NCBI GenBank assembly: GCA_026770705.1
Contig: JANJGN010000016.1
Coordinates: 53,754,001-53,818,000, forward strand
From: Isurus oxyrinchus
Lineage: Eukaryota
DNA length: 64,000 nt
Direction of reading: 5' to 3'
In this document: one piece after another, positions 11,701 to 23,700 of the stretch
Position numbering within the stretch: the first letter of the stretch is position 1
Layout of the letters: every line of letters begins with the position of its first letter
The notes under the pieces: model-generated
Told to the model about the DNA's origin: nothing
What the model saw: only the letters and a program-made list of their open reading frames with translations
Database searches by the model: none
Made by a program: the position numbers and the translations under genes

Positions 11701-14700
11701 CTCTGTACCCCATGAAGTCTCATGGTATCAGGTCAAACATCGGCAAGGAAACCTTCTGCTGATAACCACGTACTGCCCTCTCCATCTCTCCACAGATGCT
11801 GTTAGACCTGCTGAGTTTTTCCAGCATTTTTTGTTTTTGATCCGAAATGACATAGCTGCTAGAATGGGTCTGTGGCAGGTGGTGAGGGAACCAACAATAG
11901 AAAAGAACATACTTGACCTCATTCTCACCAATCTGCCTGTCGCAGATGCATCTCTCCATGACAGTATCGGTAGGAGTGACCACCGCACAGTCCTTGTGGA
12001 GACGAAGTCCCACCTTCACATTGAGGAGACCCTCCATCGTGTGATGTTTTACTACCACTATGCTAGGGGAGATAGATTTTGATCAGATCTGGCAATTCAA
12101 GACCAGGCAACCATGAGGCACTGTGGCCTATTAGCAGCAGCAGAATTGCACTCCACCACGATTTGTAACCTCAGGCCTGGCATATCCCCCACTCTACCAT
12201 TACCACCAAGCCAGGGGTCATGCCTGGCTCAATGAAGAGTGTAGGAGGGCATGCCAGGAGCAGCACCAGGCATACCTAAAAATGGTGAAGCTACAATGCA
12301 GGACTACCTGCATACCAAACAGCAGAAGGAGCAAGTGATAGTCAGAGCTAAGTGATTCCACAACCAAGCTCTGCAGTCCTGTCACATCCAGCCATTAATA
12401 GTGGTGGACAATTATACAACTCACTGGAGGAGGAGGCTCCACAAATATCCCCATCCTCAGTGATGGGGGAGCCCAGCACATCAGTGCAAAAGACAAGGTT
12501 GAATCATTTGCTACAACCTTCAGCCAGAAATGTCAAGTGGATGGTCCATTTTGGCCTTCTCCGGAGGTCCCCAGGATCACAGATGCCAGTTTTCAGCCAA
12601 TTTGATTAAGTCCATGTGCTATCAAGAAACAGCTGAAGACACTGGATACTGCAAAGGTTATGGACACTCACAATATTCCAGCAATGGCACTGAAGATTTG
12701 TGCTTCTGAACTTGCCGCACCCCTAGCCAAGCCGTTCCAGTACAGCTACAACACTGACATTACCCAGCAATAGGGCACCAAGGAGCCCTAGCAATACTGG
12801 AGTCAATGGGAATCAGAAGGAAAACTCTCCACTGGTTGGAGCACAAAGGAAGATGGTTGTGATTGTTGGAGGTCAGTCATCTCAGCTCCAGGACATCACT
12901 GCAGGTGTTCCTCAGGGCAGTGTCCTAGGCCCAACCATATCAACGACCTTCCTTCCATCATAAGATCAGAAGTGGGGCTGTTCGCTGATGATTGCACAAT
13001 GTTCAGAACCATTCGTTACACCTCAGATACTGAAGCAGTCCATGTCCAAATGCAGCAAGACCTGAACAATATCCAAGCTTGGGCTGACAAGTGGCAAGTA
13101 ACATTTGCACCATATAAGTGCAAAGCAATGACCATATCCAACAAAAGAGAATGTAACCATTGCCCCTTGACATTCAGTGGCATTACCATTGCTGAATCCT
13201 CCACTGTAAAGATCTTGGGGGTTACTATTGACCAGAAACTGAACTGGACTACTCTTATAAATACTGTGGCTACAAGAGCAGGTCAGAGGCTAGGAATCCT
13301 GCAGCGAGTAATTCACCACCTGACTCCCCAAAGCCTGTGCACCATCTACAGGCAGGAGTGTGATGAAATACTCCCCACTTGCCCGGATGAGTGCAGCTCC
13401 AACAACACGGAAGAAGCTTGACACCATCCAGGATAAAGCAGCCTGCTTGATTGGCACCCCATCCACAAACATTCACATCCTCCACCACCGACACACAGTA
13501 GCAGCAGTTTGTATCATCTATAAGATGCACTGCAGGAATTCACAAAGGTTCCTAAGACAGCACCTTCCAAACCCACGACCACTGCCATCTAGAAGGACAA
13601 GGGCAGCAGATGGATGGGAGCACCACCACCTGGAAGTGCCTCTCCAAGTCACACGCCATCCTGACTTGGAAATATATCGCCGTTCTTTCACTGTCACTGG
13701 GCTAAAGCCCTGGAATTCCCTCCCTAACTGCACTGTGGGTGTACCCACACCACATGGACTGCAGTGGTTCAAGAAGGCAGCTCACCACCATCACCTCAAG
13801 GGCAATTAGGGATGGGCAATAAATGCTGGTCTGGTCAGCGATGCCCACATTCTGTGAATGAATAAAGAAAACTCCCATCATTCTCTCACCCATTCACTCA
13901 CTCACCCATTCACTGACTTACTGAAAGATGTTGACCTTTAATAAGTTACCTGAATATGCAGCTACTGTTATGCAAAGGGGACATGTCGTCCTTTCTACCA
14001 TATCTTCATGAAACCGATGATCTTCGCTGGGTTGTCTCTGACCCTTCAATGCTTCAACTGGGATCAAAAGATATGGCTGCAAAATTGTAAAAGGGTTGGG
14101 TCACAGAAATCTTTGGCAGTGTCAATGCAATCAGTATCGACCTGGATGACCTGGGTCACTGTCTTCAGTATTGGTTTCAGCTACTTTTTGAGATATGCTA
14201 GATATTTCCTGGTGCAAATGCACTATCTGGCTTTATTTCATAATTTCTATCATTAATATGATTTAGGGAATTACTGGAGATTGTCACTATATGGATGGGA
14301 TTCACTGGAGCAGGTGGTTGTGTTTGTTAATGGTTATTAACTTGCCCCTTGAATTATTTGTTTTACAGATAGTAATGCCTTTACTGTAATGTATTTGGCC
14401 ACCTCTGGTACTAATGATTTACCTGAGTATCTTGGTGTGGGAATGATTAATGGAGTTTCAGTAGCCTATTATGACAGTGGTACCCACCAGATTGTTTCCC
14501 GACAGCAGTGGATGGCAGACTCTTTTGATGCAGAGTACTGGGAATATCTCACAAATCGAGGCAATAAACACTGTGCCATTGCAAAGGAGAATCTGAAGAT
14601 GATAATGAAGAATACAAACCAGACGTCCGGTAAGAACAGTGATGCACAATCTCCCATTTGTCCTTTTACCTCCTGTCTCCTCACCATCCAAATTTGAATC

Positions 14701-17700
14701 TTTGGAATTCTCTTCCTCAAAAGGCGGTGGAGGCAGAGTCTTTAAACATTTTTTGAGGTAGATAGATCCTTGATAAGCAAGGTGGTGAAAGGTTATCAGG
14801 GATCGGCGGGAATGTGAAGTTGAGGTTACAATCAGTTCAGCCATGGTGCTGTTGAATAGTGGAGGAGACTCGAAGGGCCAAGTGGCCTACTCTTGCTCCT
14901 AATATGTTGGCCCCAAACACTCATTCCAAGCGATACAGTGAATTACGCGTACTTCTTTCAATTTAGTATACTTTATTCACTGCACACAATGTGGTCTTCT
15001 GTACACTGGGGAGACCAAACACAGACTGGAAGGCCACTTTTCAGGCCACCTCTATTCTGTCCACAAGTATAACCCTGAGCTTCCTGTCGCTGTCATTGTT
15101 AATTCTCCACCTTGCTCCCACTCTGACCTTTCTGTCCTTGGCCTGCTACAGTGTTCCAGTGAAGTTCAACATAAGCTCGAGGAACAGTACCTCACCTTTC
15201 GATTATGCTCTTTACAGCCTTCTGAAACCACGTAGAGTTCAGCTATTTCAGTCTGTAATCTCTGCTCCCATTTTTTTTCTCCTCAGTTTTCATTTTTCCT
15301 CGCGTTTTCCTCTTTTTTTTGCTCTTTTTTAGCCTTCAAGAGCATCATTCTTCCAATCAAACTGCCTACAGATTAATGTCAGTGGTAGGAATAACTCTGG
15401 AATCCTTACTAAAGAAGAGAAGAGATGAATCTCTAGAAAAGATAAATACAACAATGAATAGTCAGCATGGATTTCCAAAGGGAGAACCTTGCTTGGCTAA
15501 CATTATTGATCATTTCGAGGAGGTTGCAGAAGGAGTGGACAATGCTAATGCATTTGAGACTTTTTTTCTGGATTTTCAAAAGACCTTTGACAAGGTGCCT
15601 TGTAATAGATTAATGAATAAGGTCAGAGAATGTGGAGTCAGGGGACAAGTGGCAGAATGGATTGCTAGCTCTTCAAGGCTGAAAGCAAAAAGTGGAATAA
15701 AGGGCAGAAATAAATTCAGAGTGGCAGAAGGTGGAAGTGGTGTTCCACAAGGATCAGTGCTGGGACAATTGCCATTCACAATTTACATTAAAGATTTGAA
15801 CTTTGGAGACAAAAACACAATTTCAAAAATTGCAGATGACACCAAATTGTTGGGGAGGTGGGATGAGGGAATCAATACTGAGGACTGCAACAAATTACAG
15901 GAGGTCATCAATAAACTTGCAGAATGGGCAAATAACTGGCAAATGAAGTTCAGTACAGATAAATGTGAGGTAAAAAACAAAGAAAACTGCGGATGCTGGA
16001 AATCTAAAACAAAAACAGAATTACCTGGAAAAACTCAGTAGGTCTGGCAGCATCGGCGGAGAAGAAAAGAGTTGACGTTTCGAGTCCTCATGACCCTTCG
16101 ACAGAACTTGAAGTTCTGTCGAAGGGTCATGAGGACTCGAAACGTCAACTCTTTTCTTCTCCGCCGATGCTGCCAGACCTACTGAGTTTTTCCAGGTAAT
16201 TCTGTTTTTGTTTTAAATGTGAGGTAATACGTTTTGGTAGCAATAGGGAAATAGCCTATTACTCGGAAAGTGAGGATCTAGGTTGAGGGCAACAACAAAG
16301 GGATGAGATTACAAATACATTAATCATTAAAATTTGCGCCACAGGATATAATAAAAAAGCAATCCAAGCACTAGGCTTTATTTCTACAGAGATCAAATTG
16401 CAAATAGGGAAGATATACTATACCCTTATCGAACCTTGGTTAGACCACACTTAGAGTACTGTGTGCAGTTCTGGTTGCCATATTACAAAAATGATAAAGA
16501 GCACTGGGGCATTTGGAGAGAGGGCAGAGAGGATTTACAAGGATAAAAGCAGAAATTTGTGAGTATACAGATCAGAAAAGGATTGACTGACTATGTCTCT
16601 TTTCCCTTGCAAAAAGAAGTCTGATGGGTGACCTAATAGAGATGTTTAAAATTGTGAAAGGTTTTGATAGAGTGGACACAGAGAGAAGGTTTCCTCTTGT
16701 GGAGAAAAGCATAATTAGAGGCCATCAATTTAAGGTAGACACCAAGGGATCCTACAGGGATCACCCAAAGAGTGGAGAGAATGTGGAACTCAGTACCACA
16801 AGGAGGTAACTGCCCTTTATTCTTACTCTCTGCTTTCTGGTTGAAGCGAATAGTATAGATGCATTTGAGGGGAAGCTAGACAAGTATATGATGGAGAAGG
16901 GAACACAGAATTATAGTGATAGATTTAGATGAGGAAAGAAAGGGATGGAGGCTTAAGTGGAGTATAAACACCAGCATGGACTGGTTGGGCCTGTTCTGTG
17001 CCAGAAATCCTACGTAGTCCTTCACAAACACATCTTTTGTTTCTTTATTTGCCCTAATATCACTCCCTTTGGCTCAGCAACACCAACTCTTTTGTCACTT
17101 AACCTCTCCTGTCTTCCAACCTATCACTGATCTCTTTTGTTCCTTTCATACTCTTCCCCCACACCCCCCTTTCAGTTGCTCAAAACCAATTACTTTTCCC
17201 AGTCTGATGTAAGGTTACCGACCTGCAACTATTTCTCTCTCCGTGGATGTTAGCTGACCTGTGTTTTTTTTAATATATATCTTCCAATAATTGCTCCGTT
17301 TAATGATATCCAGCCAGAGTTGTACTGCAGCCTGTGACACTGGGATGTACAATATTTGGGCCACCCTGGCAACACCTGTTATACAGGTATCTTGACATCT
17401 AATAGGCAGGCTAATTCCACATTTTTTAATGCTTTCATGAGATGTGGGCGTTGCTGACAAGGCCAGCATTTTTTGCCCATCTCTAATTGCCATTGAACTG
17501 GTTGGCTTGCTAGGCCATTTCAGAGGGTAGTTAAGAGTCACAACCACATTACTGTGCATCTAGCATCACAGTAGGCCAGACCAGGTAAGGTAAGGATGAC
17601 AGATTTCCTTCCGAAAGGATATTAGTAAACCAGATGTGTTTCATGGCTTCAATACTGAGACCAGGTTTATATTCCAGATTTTATTAATTGAATTTATGGC

Positions 17701-20700
17701 TTCTTTCAGGCTGTGACCTGTGACCTCAGTTTGCAGTCAAACATTACATCAGGGAGGTCAACCAGGCTCTACGCTATGAGCGTAGAGTGAGGACGAGAGA
17801 CTCACTAGACTTTACCCATATTTCAGGTTTCTTGATGGTGAAAGGTGTCATTGAGTTCACCTATATTCCACTGCCTCTCCCCATTGAACCCTGTGGGGGG
17901 GTGGGGGGGAGTTTTACTGTCCCCTGCCAGTGGGTTTGAAGATGGGGTGGGGGGGGCTTCCTAAAATACAATACGCCACTTGCCTGCCCGCCATGACCTG
18001 TCACCCATTTTACAGGTGGCCACGGAGGGGCCTGGTGGCCCACCTGCCCTTGGGTCTGTTGAGGACCTCAAGTAGCCAAATAATGGCCATTTAAGTGCCT
18101 CATCCCACTATTTTACCCACAGCATGGTGAGACCCACGCTACATGGGTCGACCAGCAGCTTTTAGTAGGCGAGCCAATGTCGGGCAAGGAGGAGTGCTGG
18201 GGACCTCTTTTGGGGGTCTCCTGTGCTCATTGAACCAACTCCTGCATCCGCAAGGCCTGCCACAGCCCCGCAGCCACCCCCCCGACCCACTCCCCCCACT
18301 TAACTCTCCCCGTTAGCCCCTCAAAACCGCCTGCCATCAAGGCCCGGCTGACATCCTCGACATATCTGAACTCCAGCCTCCATTCACTCCTCCACTACAG
18401 AGACTGGCTGTACTCCTAGCAATGGCCACCACTCAAACCTGGTGCTGCTAACACTACAGCTCTCTAAAGCAGGACTTCCTCCCAATGGAGGGGCTGAAGT
18501 CCCATCTCTAGCCAATTAACATGCATAGAGCTTTAAATGACCGCAGGTCAACCGGTATGCGTTCCCCCCAACTCTTCGGGTGGCGGGGTGAGAATCCTGG
18601 CCAAGTGAAAACTCCTGTCCTGGAATATTCATCAATCTTTAGCGATTTCGCTCCCTTGAATGTAAGGCTGGTTTGTGACCACATGCAGCACATCATGCAG
18701 GCCTGTGCCTGCTACCCTGGCAGCAGTCCTGATTCTTTCAGTGCTGTGCCAGTGCTCTGCATTGCCTTTGGTTCAAAGAGGTCATCGGATTACAGGCTGG
18801 GTGACAAGGGTATATGCCTGGATATGACTCGCCACTCCTGTACGAAAGCCATGCATAACTACAGTGCAAATGTTACCTGGAAGATGACTTCTCCATGAAG
18901 GGAAGAGGATTTCCTTTCTCCTGTAGACCATCAAGACCAGGACATACAACAAGGTTTCTGAAAAGCAATTTGGAGATATCCACAGAAAATAGATTCCTTA
19001 ATGGACACTTTCTTCAGCACTGCACATAGGCTCAGTTTTACATTAATAGCTGCCACTGTGAGATAACCAATAAAATAATCTATGCTGGTAAGCTCAAAGA
19101 AGGACCTGTTACTGCAATATGGATTCTGCAGAGAGATCTATTACTGTAATAATGAGTTCTCAGAGAGATCCATTACTATAACACTGAGCCCACAGAGAGA
19201 TCCATTACTGTAACACTGAGCCCACAGATAGATCCATTACTGTAACACTGAGCCCGTAGAGAGATCTATTACTGTAACACTGAGCCCACAGAGAGATGTA
19301 TTACTGTAACACAGCCCACAGGGAGATCCATTACTGTAACAGCCCACAGGGAGATCCATTACTGTAACACTGAGCCCACAGAGAGATGTATTACTGTAAC
19401 ACTGAGCCCACAGAGAGATCCATTACTGTAACACTGAGCCCACAGAGAGATCCATTACTGTAACACTGAGCCCACAGATAGATCCATTACTGTAACACAA
19501 CCCACAGAGAGATCTCTTATTGTAATACTGAACCCACAGAGAGATCTACTTCTGTATAATTGAGCCCATGGAGAGATGCATTACTGTAACACAGCCCACA
19601 AAAAGATCTATTACTATATTACTGAGCTTACTGAATAAAAAATACCGTAATATTGAGCCCACCGAGAGATCCATTACTGTAATACTCAGCCCACAGTGAG
19701 ATCTATTGCTAATAACACAACCCACAGGGAGATCTTTTACTGTAATACTGAGCCCACAGGGAGATCTATTACTGTAATATTGAGTGCACAAAGAGATCTA
19801 TTACAGGAACACTGAGACCACAGACAGATCTATTACTGTAACACTGAGCCCACAGAGAGATCTATTACTGCAACACAGCCCACAGAGAGATCCATTTCTG
19901 TAATACTGAGCCCACAGAGAGAGATCTATTACTGTAACACAGCCCACTGAGAGATCTGTTAATGTAACACTGAGCCCACAGAGAGATCCATTACTGTAAT
20001 ACTGAGTCTACAGAAAGAGATCTATTACTGCAACACAGCCCACAGAGAGATCCATTTCTGTAATATGGAGCCCACAGAGAGAGATCTATTATTATAACAC
20101 AGCCCACAGAGAGATCTATTACCGCAATACTGATCTCACAGAAAGATCTATTACTGTAATACTGAGACCACAGAGAGATCTATTACTGTAACAGCCCACA
20201 GAGAAATCTATTAGTGTAATGCTAAGCCCACATAGAGATCCATTACTGTAACACTGAGCCCACAGAGAGATCTATTACTGTAACACAACCCACAGAGAGA
20301 TCTGTTACTGTAATACTGAGCCAACGGAGAGATCCTTTTATATAATACTGAGCCCACAGGGAGAGTTTTATTACTGTAATATTGAAACCACAGAGAGATC
20401 TATTACTGTATTGCTGAGCCCACAGAGCAATCCATTACATTAATACTGAGCCCACAGAGTAAACTGGCAATGTAATAAGGGACTTTTTAATTAACAATTG
20501 ATTTTTATTTCTCTGCTGATCTTTGACAGGAATTCACATTTTCCAATGGATAAGGACTGTTGAGGTCGCTGAAGACGGTTCCATTAAGAGATCAATGCGC
20601 TTTGGATTTGATGGAAAGGACTATATTAGTTTAGAGTCAGACAGAATGAGATGGGTCGCATCCAATCACATTGCAGTGAAGACTATGGAGAAATGGAATT

Positions 20701-23700
20701 CGGATGAAGCCTGGAATAAATATTGGAAATGGCAGTTGGAAGTAGAACTTGCTGAACGTTTAAAACTACGTTTACACTTTGGAAAGGAATACCTTAAAAG
20801 GAAAGGTATGTATTTCAGTTTGGATCCCATGTTCTGATCTAACTTCACTGGTCTATGAAAGTGTTCTCCCATTCCGTTCAGTGTCTGTCTATTGTTTGTG
20901 TTTTCACCCTTTCCCATTACAGTTCAGCCTGAAGTGTTCATCTCCAGAAGTGACCCCAATAATCAGTACAAGCCGCTCACTCTCTCCTGCCTGGTTACTG
21001 GGTTTTATCCTGTAGACATCGAGGTGAGCTGGCTAAGGAATGGAGAGGTAATGTCTGAGACACTATCTTCGGGGGTTCGACCCAACCACGATGGGACCCA
21101 TCAGATCCAGAAAGAGATTGAAATAAATGCTGGGGATGAGGATCAATACTCCTGTCAAATTGAACACAGCAGCCTGGCAGAGACCCAGCTCTATCAGTGG
21201 GGTAAGGAACTGTTCTAGATGTGTGTGTGTGTATAGATAAAAGTGAAAGAGCCTGTGTGACTGAGAGGGTTGGATGAATGAAATATAGACAATAACATGC
21301 AAGAGGAACTAAGGCCGTGTCAAGGAAACATTCAAAATAGAATGAAAGATTGAGAGCCTTGGAAAATTAAAATGAATCGCATCACCAAGCAAGTGATATA
21401 TTGTCATGTTTTGGGATTTTCCCATGTTTGACTTCAGGAATTTTTGATCTTATTTATATTGCTATGTAGCTGTTCAAGTAAATTTAACAGACAAATCTGG
21501 CTAGTCTTTGAAATGCTCCTGAAATTGACAACATAAGCAGAGGCTTTGAAAATCTACTTTGGAGGAAAAACTGCTCAGCTTTCAATCCCAAAAGTGTCAA
21601 TCAAGCAAAACTATTCATAGTATCAAAGTCAAAAACTTTCATACAAACATATGAATTAGGAGCAGGAGAACGCCACTCGGTCCTTCAAGCCTGCTCCACC
21701 ATTCAATAAGGTCTTGGCTGATCTGAATGTAACCTCAATCCCACATTCCTGCCTATCCCTGATAACCTTTCACCTCTCCGTTAATAAAGAATCTATCTTG
21801 CTCTGCCTTAAAATAGTCAAAGACACTGCTTCCACCATCTTTTGAGGAAGAGAGTTCCAAAGACTCATCTCTGTCTTAAATGAGCAACCCTTATTTTTAA
21901 ATGGTGACCCCCAGTTCTAGATTCTCCCACAAGAGGAAACATCCTCTCCATATCCACTCTGTCAAGTCCCCTCAGGATCTTAAAGATTTCAATTAACTCT
22001 TACTCTTCTAAATTTCAGTGGATACAAGTCTAACCTGTCCAGCCTTTCCTGAACATAACACTCCAGATGTGGTCTCACTATTGCTTTGTATAATTGAAGC
22101 ATAATCCTTCTACTTTTGTATTCAATTCCCCTCACAGTAAATAATAATATTCTATTAGCTTTCCTAATTACCTGCTGTATCTGCAAATTAACCTTTTGTG
22201 ATTCATGCACTAGTATGCCAGATCCCTCTGATTCTCAGAGCTTTGCAATCTTTCACCATTTAGATAAATGCTTCTTTTTTGTTCTTCCAGCCAAAATGAA
22301 TTTCACATTTTCCCACATTATACTCCATTTGCTAGATCTTTACCCACTCACTTAACCCATCTATGTCACTTTGTAGCCTCCTTTCACCCTCTTCACAATT
22401 TACTTTCCTACCTGTCTTTACGTCGTCAGCAAATTTAGCAGCCATTCCTTTGGTCCCTTCATCCAGGTCATTTATATATATATATTGTAAAAAGTAAAAA
22501 GGGATCAGTGCCATACCTGCCAACTAGCAAAAGACCCATTTATGCCAACTCTCTGCTTCCTGTGAGCCAGCCAATCTCCTATCCATGCCAATATGTTACC
22601 CTCTACACCATGAGCTTTTATTTTCTGTAATAATCCTTGATGTGGCACTTTATCAAATGCTTTCTGGAAATCTAAGGACAGTACATCCACCAGTTCTCCT
22701 TTATCCACAGCACATGTGACTCCTTCAAAGAACTCCAATAAATTGGTTAAATATGATTTCCATTTTACAAACCCATGTTGACTCTGTCTGATTGCCTTGA
22801 TTTTTTTCTAAGTGCCCTGTTATAACATTTTTATTATAGCTTCTAACATTTTCCCTATGACAGATGTTAGGCTAGCTGGCCTGTAGTTTCCTGCTTTCTG
22901 TCTCCCTCTCTTTTTGAATAAAGGAATTACATTTGCTATTTTCCAATCTCATGGAACCTTCCCCGAATCTAGAAAAATTAAATCCAGTGCATCAACTATC
23001 TCACTAGCTACTTCTTTCAAGATCTTAGGGTGAAGTCCATCCTGACCTGGGGCTATGTCAGCCCGCAGCCCCAACAATTTGCTCAATACCACTTCCCTGG
23101 TGATTGTCATTTTCCGAGTTCCTTTGTCCCTTCCACTTCCTGATTTATAGCTATTTCAGGGATATTACTTGTCTCCGTTATGGTGAAGACCAAAGCAAAA
23201 TACCTGTTTAATTCATCCGCCATCTTCTTACTTTCCATTATCAATTCCCCAGACACACTTTCTATAGGACCAGCACTCACTTTGTTAATTTTTTCTTATT
23301 GAAATATGAATAGAAACTTAATCTGTCTTTATATTACTAAACAAAAACAAAAATAAAAATACCTAGAAAAACTCAGCATCTGTGACAGCATCTGTGGAGA
23401 GGAACACATATGACTCTTCAACAGACCTGGCTTTCTCTTGTACTCTAACTCTTCCCTCCTTATTAATCTTTTTGTCATTCTTTGCTGTTCTTTATATTCT
23501 TTCCAATGTTCTGACCTGCCACCCATCTTTGCGTAATTGTATGCTTTTTCTTTAAATTTGATACTGTCTTTAACTTTTTTAGTTCACCACAGATGGTGGA
23601 CCCTCCCCTTGGAATTTTTCTTTCTCATTGGCATGTATCTATTTAGTGTATTCTCAAATATCCCTTTAAATGTCTGCCACTAAGCCGCTATTGACCCATC

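Larger units (their letters stand above)
15350..17020 (+). mobile_element. CR1 LINE RT/3' part, interrupted by the palindromic Penelope insertion
   Basis: SQHGF..., [38 protein letters not shown]. Confidence 0.9.

Noticed and set aside
19105-20458. CRISPR-like array of about 32-bp repeats
   Set aside because: The units are head-to-tail with no unique spacers, there are no cas genes, and it lies in a eukaryotic intron. It is a minisatellite.
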